A stretch of DNA of 63,774 nt from Octopus bimaculoides. Taxonomy: Eukaryota. The notes beneath the pieces were generated by a model. That model had not been told where the DNA came from. It saw only the letters and a list, made by a program, of their open reading frames with translations, and did no database searches. Where the stretch lies: NCBI RefSeq assembly GCF_001194135.2, contig NC_068995.1, positions 9,161,881-9,225,654 on the forward strand, in the 5' to 3' direction. Each line of letters begins with the position of its first letter. Positions within the stretch are counted from its first letter, which is position 1. Position numbers and translations under genes: made by a program. This document shows, one piece after another, positions 51,518 through 63,774 of this stretch.

Positions 51518-52098
51518 GCATGCTTACATATGTATATAAACCACTGTAGATATAAATATCAAACACACGAAAGTGTATTTATTCCACTCCATTCCAACGC
51601 TTTAGTCGTGTTCTCTTAATCCGGCCTAACAGTAACGTTTATGGTCGTTATATGTTGAATAGGTTTGACAAGTCATTAAAAAGGAGGCCGTCTTTAAAAC
51701 CAATGCAGGTTTTATAGGGAGAGCAAAATACACAAAGAAAGAAAGAGAGAGAGAGTGGGAGGGAGGGAGAAAGAGAAAGGAAGGTATTGGAATAGATTTG
51801 TAAATCCCGTAGTACATAACAGACACCTTTTCCTCGATAAAGCAAGACAAATAATATGAGCCGAAGTAAAGTAATTACGACAATTATGGGTTTTGGTAGG
51901 TGTTGTTTTATAGATACTGTTTACTCAGATGCTTGCTGCAAATTGCGCACAAGATATTTATAAACGCGAAATTTCATTTGAAGGTAGGATCTAAATTAAT
52001 TTCCTTTAACTTGAAACGAAAAGTGTTGTTGGTTGGATGGTAGGCTGGGTGGTTTGAATGATTTAAGCTTTCGTGTTTCAAGCAGGCTTTCAATTTAC

Positions 52099-52241
52099 CA
52101 TTTGCAGATTATCTATTATCAGTTTAAAGCCGAAACGGAGAGCCTGGTGTGTTGTAATGTATTCTCCTAAGCGTTGCAGCACATCGGTTTTGACAGCCAA
52201 TGCTGGCCACCACTGTGTGCCTATTTCGATAAAGGAAGGTA
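52099..52241 (-). CDS. Probable 143-nt internal coding exon (PSFIEIGTQWWPALAVKTDVLQRLGEYITTHQALRFGFKLIIDNLQM), product unknown
   Basis: Strong acceptor cactatttttgcag, strong donor ATG|GTAAAT, 47 open codons, protein-like composition, in-frame stop just past the donor. Confidence 0.65.
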
Positions 52242-52360
52242 CTGCAAAAATAGTGAAATATCCACGAAAAGAAAGTAGATACACAGATACACGAATGCAC
52301 AAAAAACAAAAATACACACTTGTATACACACGCACAAAGGTATGTATAAACATACAAAAA

Positions 52361-52421
<61 letters not shown>

Positions 52422-52900
52422 NNNNNNNNNNNNNNNNNNNNNNNNNNNNNNNNNNNNNNNNNNNNNNNNNNNNNNNNNNNNNNNNNNNNNNNNNNNNNNN
52501 NNNNNNNNNNNNNNNNNNNNNNNNNNNNNNNNNNNNNNNNNNNNNNNNNNNNNNNNNNNNNNNNNNNNNNNNNNNNNNNNNNNNNNNNNNNNNNNNNNNN
52601 NNNNNNNNNNNNNNNNNNNNNNNNNNNNNNNNNNNNNNNNNNNNNNNNNNNNNNNNNNNNNNNNNNNNNNNNNNNNNNNNNNNNNNNNNNNNNNNNNNNN
52701 NNNNNNNNNNNNNNNNNNNNNNNNNNNNNNNNNNNNNNNNNNNNNNNNNNNNNNNNNNNNNNNNNNNNNNNNNNNNNNNNNNNNNNNNNNNNNNNNNNNN
52801 NNNNNNNNNNNNNNNNNNNNNNNNNNNNCTAGTCTCCTTTCAAGACAAAAACACGAATGTCAAGACTCACCTCTACGAAATTCATCAGTCTGTCAGTTCG

Positions 52901-52996
52901 AAGCTATACTAGAAGACACCTGACCGAAGGTACCACACACTGGGACTGAACGCGGGACCAGGTCGCTAGGATGAATGATATTCTACACAGAGCTAC
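52901..52996 (-). mobile_element. Degenerate head of SINE family A
   Basis: Reverse complement ..ggtcccgcgttcagtcccagtgtgtggtaccttcggtcaggtgtcttctagtatagc. Confidence 0.7.
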
Positions 52997-53010
52997 ATAG
53001 ACACATGTGA

Positions 53011-53331
53011 AGGCACGTTGCTTATTGGTTAGGGCATTCGGCTCCCGATCGTAAGGTCGTGAGTTCAATTCCTGGCGACGCGTTGTGTCCTTGAGCAAGA
53101 CATTTTATTTCACGTTGCTCCAGTCCACGTAGCTGGCAAAAATGAGTAGTACCTGTATTTCAAAGGGTCAGCCTTATCACACTCTGTGTCACGCTAAATC
53201 TCCCTGAGAACTCCGTTAAAAGTGCATGCGTCTGTGGAATGCTCAGCCACTTGCACGTTAATTTCAAGAGCGAAATGTTCCGTTGATCGTATCAGCTGAG
53301 ACCCTCGTCGTCGTAACCGACGGAGTACTCC
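53011..53331 (+). mobile_element. Full-length SINE family C (tRNA-like head, tgtgtccttgagcaagac central motif, tail 1)
   Basis: A/B-box-like gcttattggttagg / gagttcaattcc; tail shared with 54131-54300. Confidence 0.9.
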
Positions 53332-53609
53332 TAAGTATATGAAGAATTGATGGTTTATACGAACTTAAACAAACCGAAATTATCCTAGAACTACTTATCC
53401 TAATTTCCTATTATTACTAATCAGTTAAAGATTCGTATTTTAGCCAAACCTTTAACTGTATTATATTGAGAGTAACGAACACAATTGTATAATATATTTC
53501 ATAGCAAATCATTGAGTTGTATTATATTTTTACTACCCAATCAATGAGTTATATAGTAGCCAATCATTGAAATTTATTACGTAACTACAAGACAATCATT
53601 ATGCTTTAT

Positions 53610-54018
53610 TATGTAACTAATTGCAATGGACGTTAATAAAATTGCCATGGACGTTGATATTATTAAATAGATTACAAGCATTTGAGATGAGCGCGCATAG
53701 AAAACTTCCGAGAATACCGCGGATAGAACATAAAGCGATGATGAGGCACTAATAATGGCTAAAATTAAGAACATTTTTATTAGACACCATCAAAGAGGGA
53801 GAAAAACTATTTTGGACACTTAATTAAAATATGGATTACAGAGATTATTAATAGAAGGCAAAATAATGAGAAAAGGGGGTGGATAATAATTATGCGGATG
53901 GATAATATAAAGAATTGGACAGCTCTCAAAAATACAGTGAATGTATAAGGACATCGCGAGAAAGCTAGAGAAGGTGATCCATGGTTTTGAATCTGTTGAG
54001 AGTAGACGCTGCCTGATG
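53610..54018 (+). mobile_element. 3' end of an RTE-clade LINE
   Basis: WTL; NRLQAFEMSAHRKLPRI; YFGHLIK; GLQRLLIEGKIMRK; MDNIKNWT match the RTE ORF C-terminus (AFEM..RR.LRI, YFGH, EGK, W.D.I..W). Confidence 0.85.
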
Positions 54019-54130
54019 ACGATTGTCAAACACTGACTGTAATTTTGACGTTCGTTGAGATTTAGTAATCTGTCCAACCAATGAGTAAAATAAAAAAACT
54101 ATCAGTACCGTAACTCTGTACTACATTGTT

Positions 54131-54505
54131 GGTACTCTGTCGCTTACGACGTCGAGGGTTCCATTTGATCCGATCAACGGAACAGCTTGCTCGTGAAATT
54201 AACGTGCAAGTGGCTGAGCACTCCACAGACACGTATAACCTTAACGTAGTTCGCGGGGATATTCAGCGTGACACAGTGTGACAAAGCTGACCCTTTGAAT
54301 TACGGGCACAACAGAAGCAGGAAGTAAGAGTGAGAAAAAGTTGTGGTGAAAGACTACAGCAGGGTTCGCCACCATCCCCTGCCGGAGCCTCGTCGAGCTT
54401 TAGGCGTTTTCGCTCAATAAACACTCACAGCGCCCGGTCTGGTCATCGAAACCGCTATCCTATGACCGCAAGTCCGCTCTCCTAACCATTGGGCCATTGC
54501 GCCTC
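54131..54505 (-). mobile_element. Full-length SINE family D (different head and middle, tail 1)
   Basis: Head gaggcgcaatggcccaatggttagg..ggtttcgatg; 3' ~170 bp matches the family C tail. Confidence 0.9.
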
Positions 54506-54599
54506 CTCTGTACTACATAAATGTGACTCAAAAGCCATGTCTATTCATTCATTGTATTGCTTCTTAACATTTTTTGGCACAAGGACAGTAATTTTGAGG

Positions 54600-55375
<776 letters not shown>

Positions 55376-55859
55376 TACCAAGTTTTAGCTTTCAAATTGT
55401 ATTTTCTGCGGGTCAAGAATTTGCGTTCCAGTTAGAATTGTGCTTTTAGATATCTCTATTATCTTGTATGGCAGGTTCATCATCAGGTGCCGTATAAATA
55501 TATCTGTTTATCGACATATTTGACTGTTCCCGGCAGTTTATATTCAACGTCACATGACACATCTATTCGCAAAAGAAATTCGTTCGTTTCTTTAATTTTT
55601 CACTGCTTTTAGTAGACTGGACTGGAGCGACGTGAAAAAAGGTAGTTCTGCAGTCGGTCAATTATTACAATATAAGATCACAACATATTTCTGTAACCTT
55701 ATGTGAGATTCAGATATATCTTTGAATGTGAAAATAACTTTGGCGTATCTATTCTTTCACTGTGTATAGATTTCTGTGAATTCAAATAATTATAAGTTGC
55801 ATGAATATCTATCTATTGAGAACCTCTTGTTAAGCAATGTCTTCCCAAAGACTATTAAT

Positions 55860-57018
55860 TACAAGGTGGATTCCTTAAGTTTTCAGACGTTTTCAGGAGA
55901 GACATTAATCTCAAAGAAGTATAAAACTCTAATCACGGACCAGGAAAGATCCTCTTACTTCAATGCAGTTGTTGTAACGCTTTTGCAACCGCATAAAGGT
56001 CCCATGGAAATCTCCCAAAGTTTAGCTGTCCGGACCCAAGTCACAGACTCCAGCATGTTCAAAACGACAGCCCATGAGATTCTCTTTCATCCTGGGAAAT
56101 AACAAAAAGTCAAAAGGGGCAAGATCTGGACTATAGAGCGGATGAGAGACGTTTTGGATGCTCATCTCTGTCAAGTAGCTTAGTGATTAAGGTATTGGAC
56201 TTATGATCGTAAGATTGTGGTTTCGATTCTTGGATAGAGTGACGCGTTGTGTTCTTGAACAAAACACTTTATATCACGTTGTTCCAGTGTGCTAGGAAAG
56301 ATGTGTAATCTTGCGACAGACCGGTGCCCCGTCCAGATGAGGGAATATATACGCCATGAACCGAAAGACCGGCCCCTATGAGCCGTTCTGACTCAAGAAG
56401 GAAACATTACACTATTTTACCTTTACTTTACCTATACCATCTTTGTCATGAAGTTGATTACGAGGATGCTCGTCACTAAGTACCCTGGGAACAAACTTTT
56501 CACGAACTTTACGCATAATTAGATCTATATTTTGTGTACTAACTCCACAATGAATGTTTAGTGTCTTTATAGACATATGACGGTCTGCATCCAGAAACTT
56601 GCTTATTTTCTCAACCAGGTCTTATCTTCTCACGTACCCCTCTCTCCGTTACCTCTCGTTGTCTCCTATCTCACTGCCATCTTTGATCCTCTTGTGCCAG
56701 TGAAAGATGTAATCCGTAAGCTTCTGAAGAATTTTACAAGTCTCTGTAGCGCTTTATCAAGTTTAACACAAACCTTTATTGCATAACGAGCTTCTAAACC
56801 TCCCTTACACTACGACCAGCATATTAGCTGTGACAAACTGTGTTTACAAGATTATATTGAAAGTAGTTACAGCCGTTTCTCGTAATCTGGAATAACAAAA
56901 GTCGATAGGTTAGCTTATTAGATGTATAGTATGACATACTAAAATTATAGCAATGTAGGATAGTTGTAACTGCATCTCCTAAACCAAAAGTTTACCACCT
57001 TCTGGAATGCACTTCGCA
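55860..57018 (-). mobile_element. Internally deleted mariner transposon with both ends, interrupted by a SINE
   Basis: N-terminus RYAIK.CVKLDK.ATET..IFHWHKRIKDG, VEKI..DADRHMS..MRKVREKFVPRVLS; C-terminus HPLYSPDLAPFDFLLFPRMKE, KRYNNCIEVRG; degenerate TIRs at 55860-55888 and ~56998-57018. Confidence 0.9.
56163..56405 (+). mobile_element. SINE with family C head and a different tail (tail 2), inserted in the mariner
   Basis: Head aligns to 53011-53125; tail ttgcgacagaccggtgccccgtccag..accggcccctatgagcc. Confidence 0.8.
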
Positions 57019-57057
57019 TGATGTACACTGAGGAGTACATAGGCGTCTTATCGGCAA

Positions 57058-57104
<47 letters not shown>

Positions 57105-57507
57105 TATATAGATGGCTAGCTGCAAATGGCGTTTGTAAGTAATAAAATAGCTAGAGAGAGAGGGGGAGAAACAAAGATAGAAATAATGAAAGAAAGAAAA
57201 GCAAAAAGGAAGAGTGAGCGAACGAGAAGAGATGAAACTTCTTAACCTTGAGTCATGGATAAAGGAGACCAGATATCGAGGAGTGGACACTATATCGGTT
57301 ATATATTCCTGGAGGTAAAATAGACGTATTATGCAAAGTTAAAATATTAGCGAAAAACACTACCTTCACTAATTCAATAGCTACTGAATTAGCGATAGCA
57401 AAAACATACATACACACATATTAACCACTCGGTTAATGGCGAAATTACAATAACAAAAGAAGCAGGTACAATTAATATGTCAAACGCATCAATAGATATA
57501 TTGTATT

Positions 57508-57685
57508 GGGGGAGAGGGCCAGTCGATTAGATCGACCCAGTAACAGCTGGTACTTAATTTATCGACCGCGGAAGGATGAAAAGCAAAGTCGATCTCGGTG
57601 GAATTTGAACTCAAAATGTTAAGACAGACGAATTACAACTAAACACTTCACCCAGCGTGCTAACGTTTCTGCCAGCTCGCCGCCT
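57508..57685 (-). mobile_element. Family B SINE
   Basis: Reverse complement ggcggcgagctggcagaaacgttagcacgctgg..gagttcaaattccaccgagatcgac. Confidence 0.9.
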
Positions 57686-58997
57686 ATCATTTATATAGAT
57701 ATATTATAAGCCGATGGATTTAAAGAGTGGTTTTTAAAACCTAAGGCAAATCTATAATGCGAAGCATTTGAAATTAAGGGGGGATAAATAGTGGAATGTT
57801 TAAAGTATTTCAACATTAAACAACCGTTGTTCGTAGACGACGAACGTGTTAAACTACTCCTCGATGTATCGGACGAAAAGCCGTATCTACAGGTTTAACT
57901 CATATACCCCTGGACTACTATTAATTGGTATACTATAACAACACAAGACGTAATATCACGTCCAACTCTCATACACGTATGCATACGTTGTCATATACAT
58001 CAGTTTAATATAGGAGTGCACACAATCTATTTGCTAGAATCCGGGCCGCCATTTTATATGAATCAATTTCTCATATATATCTTATTCATACAGATCTTTA
58101 CGTTCAAGTCCATTCAAGTCCATTTAAATGTATTCATAGATGTTATTGTAATATCATAATAACTGATGTTGCAACATTACAAATATATAAGTTTGTATAC
58201 ACACAGACAGGCACACACGCACACACACACACACACATATGCAACATTATGAATATATGTGGCTGTGTGTGTATATATATATGTATGTATGTATGTATGT
58301 ATATCTGGCAATATATGTTTGTGTGTGCGTGCGTGTGTATGTGTCACTATAAGTGTATATACAGCCAGTAATATATTTACACATATACACGTATATATAT
58401 GTACGAATGTATAAATATATATATATATGTATATATATATATACATACATATACATACATATATATGGCATATATNNNNNNNNNNNNNNNNNNNNNNNNN
58501 NNNNNNNNNNNNNNNNNNNNNNNNNNNNNNNNNNNNNNNNNNNNNNNNNNNNNNNNNNNNNNNNNNNNNNNNNNNNNNNNNNNNNNNNNNNNNNNNNNNN
58601 NNNNNNNNNNNNNNNNNNNNNNNNNNNNNNNNNNNNNNNNNNNNNNNNNNNNNNNNNNNNNNNNNNNNNNNNNNNNNNNNNNNNNNNNNNNNNNNNNNNN
58701 NNNNNNNNNNNNNNNNNNNNNNNNNNNNNNNNTATATATATATATATTTGTATATATTTGTATATATGTATGTGTGCTTGTAAGAACAGGGTCAAACATA
58801 CACAAGTATATATGTGTATGTACCTGTCATAAATATTTTATATATATATATATATATATATACATATGTATATATATATATATTTATGTATGTGTGTGTA
58901 TGTATAAATGCTTATACTTAGATACGTTTACATATATATATAACATATATAGATATAAACGTACAGACATGCTTTCATCTATACCTGTGTTTGTCTT

Positions 58998-59057
<60 letters not shown>

Positions 59058-59864
59058 CACACACACACATACATATGTGCATAGATATATGTGCGTGTTT
59101 CTGTGTGTTCCCCTGTGTGTACGTGTTTATGTATATGTATTTGAATATCCAAACGTTAGGTATTTATCCATTTATCTTAGTGCGTAAAATTCACATACGT
59201 CTCATTATTATGGTATATATTAATATAACTGTACCGAACTTCAGACTACCAGATGTAAATATTGCCTCTTGATTTATCCTGTATAGGACAAGCAAGATGG
59301 TTAACTAAAGAGCTAATTTGCAACGCTGTTCCTATATAATATTTAGCAATCAGAATCCAACAAAAGATTGTTGGGTGAAGGCTGTGCTTAATTGGTCAAC
59401 GAAATTTCAAATAAGCAACAAGTTCAATGGACGAGAAGTAAAGAATGACCATACGATCAAGACCTCTGGTCTGAACTTTAGGTGACATAAAGAAAATGAA
59501 GAAGAAATGAGAAATAAGTAAAGAAAGGAAGGAAGACGGAAAATGTTGAAATGAAAATGGCGTCGTTTGTCTATAAACACTGCGCTACATTGCATTGCTT
59601 AAGTATTGCTCGAATGGCGTTCGAACTAATAAGAAATTCTTTTACAGGGGAGTAAATAAGTAAGGCGGGATGAAAGAGCGGAAAATTTATCATTTTCACG
59701 TTGTGTTCCAATTATTGCAATTTTCAAGACAGCGTTGTCCAGCTTTTGTCAGTGAGTCGTGTCAGTTTAGCCTGTGCGAGGAACAAAAGGCGTGAAAAGA
59801 ACCACTGCAACACCAATAAGAAGAACGAGAGGAATTTAGAACAATAAAATCCAAAACTAACAAA

Positions 59865-59913
59865 AACAACGATGACGACGATGACGACAGCGACAACGGC
59901 CATGATGATGATT

Positions 59914-59947
<34 letters not shown>

Positions 59948-60360
59948 CAGCAACAACATTGATAGACAATAACAACAAAAGTGCCCGAAAAGCAGGAAGC
60001 ATTTCGACAATAACAACAATATTAACTACACATTAACAACACATTAACAACAATGCCTGCCGAGAACCACAACAACGTACGGTAATAATAACAAAACCAT
60101 ATTAAAAAAAAACAAAAACAATATAGAAAAACAGCAATAACAACAATAACAACATCAACAACAACAGAAGTGGCGGGAACATAAATTAATTACATAAGAA
60201 GTTACAACGATAATAAATAAAACAAGTCAAAATATAAATAAGAAAACCAATAACAAATCGAATCAAAACATAAAAAAAAATAATAATAACAATAATAATA
60301 ATAATAATAATAATAATGGTAATAATGATAATGATGATAATAATAATAGTGATAAAACAA
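59865..60360 (+). repeat. Degenerate (GAT/GAC/AAC/AAT)n field
   Basis: Directly visible. Confidence 0.85.
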
Positions 60361-60617
60361 GTAAACAAACAAAAATTAAATACAAATACAATTTAAATAA
60401 ATACTATAAAATATAAACATAAATCTAAAGAAAAATAAACACAAATAACATACATGAAAAATGGTAAGAAAAAAAGTAAAAAATCAGGAATTTGGAAATG
60501 AGGAAGAACGAGAAGAAAAAGACAGAAAGAAGAAGATGAAGAAGAAGAAAAAAGACAAGATGGTGAAGGTTAGTTTAGAGAATTCCAAGACGTTTGGTTT
60601 GTTTTCAGAGAAGATTG

Positions 60618-60649
<32 letters not shown>

Positions 60650-61577
60650 AAGAAGAAGAAGAAGAAGAAGAAGAAGAAGAAGAAGAAGAAGAAGANNNNN
60701 NNNNNNNNNNNNNNNNNNNNNNNNNNNNNNNNNNNNNNNNNNNNNNNNNNNNNNNNNNNNNNNNNNNNNNNNNNNNNNNNNNNNNNNNNNNNNNNNNNNN
60801 NNNNNNNNNNNNNNNNNNNNNNNNNNNNNNNNNNNNNNNNNNNNNNNNNNNNNNNNNNNNNNNNNNNNNNNNNNNNNNNNNNNNNNNNNNNNNNNNNNNN
60901 NNNNNNNNNNNNNNNNNNNNNNNNNNNNNNNNNNNNNNNNNNNNNNNNNNNNNNNNNNNNNNNNNNNNNNNNNNNNNNNNNNNNNNNNNNNNNNNNNNNN
61001 NNNNNNNNNNNNNNNNNNNNNNNNNNNNNNNNNNNNNNNNNNNNNNNNNNNNNNNNNNNNNNNNNNNNNNNNNNNNNNNNNNNNNNNNNNNNNNNNNNNN
61101 NNNNNNNNNNNNNNNNNNNNNNNNNNNNNNNNNNNNNNNNNNNNNNNNNNNNNNNNNNNNNNNNNNNNNNNNNNNNNNNNNNNNNNNNNNNNNNNNNNNN
61201 NNNNNNNNNNNNNNNNNNNNNNNNNNNNNNNNNNNNNNNNNNNNNNNNNNNNNNNNNNNNNNNNNNNNNNNNNNNNNNNNNNNNTATATATATATTCCCT
61301 CCGTGTGCTTTCTCGTTATTTTTCGTTCCTGCCTTCTCTCTTCCTCCCTCTTTCACTTTTAGCATTTATTTCTCACTTAGATTTGCTCCTTCTTTTTCAC
61401 CCCCTTTCATTGCTGCTTATTCGTTTTCCTTCTCTTCACCCGTTTCACTCTTTCTCTGCCTCTGCCTGTCTGTCTGTCTTCCTTATTTACTTTTCTTTTT
61501 ATAGTTTCCTGCACTCTTCCAAATTCTTTATCTTGTTACTCTTCCTACTCTCACATCCTCGCGTTTTCTATCAATTC

Positions 61578-61617
61578 ATCTATCTATCTATCTCTCTATC
61601 TATCTCTCTATCTATCC

Positions 61618-61676
<59 letters not shown>

Positions 61677-61693
61677 AATCTATCTATCTATCT
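61578..61693 (+). repeat. (CTAT)n tetranucleotide microsatellite
   Basis: Directly visible; similar (GATA)n tracts at ~18320-18380, ~38917-38976, ~50392-50437. Confidence 0.95.
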
Positions 61694-61847
61694 AACTGTT
61701 TTATTACTTAAAGTTTTCTACGTTTATATTCTGTTTTCTCTCTCTTTCTCTCTTTTCTCTATTTCTGTCTGTCTCTGTCTCCATTTATACGTTCTCTAAC
61801 TTTTTCTATTTATTTCTCCCTCTGCTTCTGTCTGCCTCTGTCTCGAC

Positions 61848-61907
<60 letters not shown>

Positions 61908-63774
61908 NNNNNNNNNNNNNNNNNNNNNNNNNNNNNNNNNNNNNNNNNNNNNNNNNNNNNNNNNNNNNNNNNNNNNNNNNNNNNNNNNNNNNNNNNNNNN
62001 NNNNNNNNNNNNNNNNNNNNNNNNNNNNNNNNNNNNNNNNNNNNNNNNNNNNNNNNNNNNNNNNNNNNNNNNNNNNNNNNNNNNNNNNNNNNNNNNNNNN
62101 NNNNNNNNNNNNNNNNNNNNNNNNNNNNNNNNNNNNNNNNNNNNNNNNNNNNNNNNNNNNNNNNNNNNNNNNNNNNNNNNNNNNNNNNNNNNNNNNNNNN
62201 NNNNNNNNNNNNNNNNNNNNNNNNNNNNNNNNNNNNNNNNNNNNNNNNNNNNNNNNNNNNNNNNNNNNNNNNNNNNNNNNNNNNNNNNNNNNNNNNNNNN
62301 NNNNNNNNNNNNNNNNNNNNNNNNNNNNNNNNNNNNNNNNNNNNNNNNNNNNNNNNNNNNNNNNNNNNNNNNNNNNNNNNNNNNNNNNNNNNNNNNNNNN
62401 NNNNNNNNNNNNNNNNNNNNNNNNNNNNNNNNNNNNNNNNNNNNNNNNNNNNNNNNNNNNNNNNNNNNNNNNNNNNNNNNNNNNNNNNNNNNNNNNNNNN
62501 NNNNNNNNNNNNNNNNNNNNNNNNNNNNNNNNNNNNNNNNNNNNNNNNNNNNNNNNNNNNNNNNNNNNNNNNNNNNNNNNNNNNNNNNNNNNNNNNNNNN
62601 NNNNNNNNNNNNNNNNNNNNNNNNNNNNNNNNNNNNNNNNNNNNNNNNNNNNNNNNNNNNNNNNNNNNNNNNNNNNNNNNNNNNNNNNNNNNNNNNNNNN
62701 NNNNNNNNNNNNNNNNNNNNNNNNNNNNNNNNNNNNNNNNNNNNNNNNNNNNNNNNNNNNNNNNNNNNNNNNNNNNNNNNNNNNNNNNNNNNNNNNNNNN
62801 NNNNNNNNNNNNNNNNNNNNNNNNNNNNNNNNNNNNNNNNNNNNNNNNNNNNNNNNNNNNNNNNNNNNNNNNNNNNNATATACTCACAGTCATACATACA
62901 TACATACATACATACATACATACATACATACATACATACGCACACAATCTCACTCTTCCATACTCCATTTCTTGCCCCTTTTGTCTTTTCACTTCCTGCA
63001 TTCACTCATCTCCCTTCCAAACACCTTTCTCTTGTCTTACGTCAGCAAATCTCGCCATTGATATTAAATATTGCCTTTATCAGAAAATGTCGGCGTATTA
63101 GCCGAGCTGCGTAATTTGCGAGATCAACATTAATCTGTGAAGCACAGGAAGTAAGTTACCATTCCTAGTAATACAATGAAATACTAATTTAGATGGCTGA
63201 ATTTAGCGTCAGAATGATTCACAGCATCCATCGTATGCTACCGTCTATGCTATCGTCTGCTATCTTCTAGTATCGTCTGCTTATATAGATTTCTTTAGTC
63301 GTGCAACACTCTTACTCAAATAATGCAACTACAAAAGGGTTCGTTGTCTGTTTGCAGTTATTGGCAATCTCAAGGGCGGACATGTTTGTTTATTCGTTTC
63401 TTTCGAATAATCGTTTCGAATTGTTTTGTAGAATACTCATTCGTTCGTTCATTCGTTCATTCTTGCGATCATTAATTCATTTATTTATTCATTGTTCTAT
63501 TATGAGCATGGCTTTCGTATATTATAATATATTGTATTATATTATATATTATATTATATATATATATATATATACATATATATGTATACATATATATACA
63601 CACATATATATATATATNNNNNNNNNNTGTGTGTGTGTGTCGGCATGCGTGTGTGTCGGCATGCGTGTGTGTCTGTATGTATTCCTTTTCTTATTGCTCT
63701 ATCTCTCACCCGTTTATTTTGCAGCGCTCATTCGTTCTCTCTCTTTCAGTCTTTATATATATATATATATATAT

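Noticed and set aside
52099-52241. Naming the exon as dynein AAA5, PWWP or Twinkle
   Set aside because: Only short motifs match (ALRFG, WWPA, IIDNLQ), with wrong spacing for each family.
53011-53085. tRNA genes at SINE heads (also 40944, 54505, 56163, 11460)
   Set aside because: They have A/B-box-like motifs but no closable acceptor stem, and each continues into a multi-copy SINE body.
63045-63150. Plus-strand exon before a strong GTAAGT donor (ENVGVLAELRNLRDQH*)
   Set aside because: All frames stop before the donor; no supporting neighbours.

Overview
Repeat-saturated eukaryotic genomic DNA, most likely an octopus (inferred from extreme microsatellite density and tRNA-derived SINEs resembling published octopus families; not database-verified). 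About 11 kb (~17%) is in 28 N-gaps, almost all bordered by microsatellites. Nearly all ORFs in the supplied track are microsatellite or N read-through artefacts. Supported content: dozens of tRNA-derived SINE copies built from interchangeable modules; decayed fragments of a Penelope-like element (RT C-terminus plus GIY-YIG), a CR1/L2-type LINE, an RTE LINE and two mariner transposons; two MITE-like elements; and scattered candidate exons of an unidentified minus-strand gene (best: 52099-52241). The most interesting signal is a set of hammerhead-ribozyme (HHR) motifs. Two type I HHRs lie in 187-bp direct repeats 358 bp apart (443-987), a retrozyme / Penelope pseudo-LTR architecture that could release a 358-nt RNA. 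Further HHR-like motifs lie at 6439-6518, 23698-23742 (inside a perfect 41-bp inverted repeat), 16992-17033 and 29895-29925. All alignments and folds were done by eye; boundaries of degenerate repeats are approximate.
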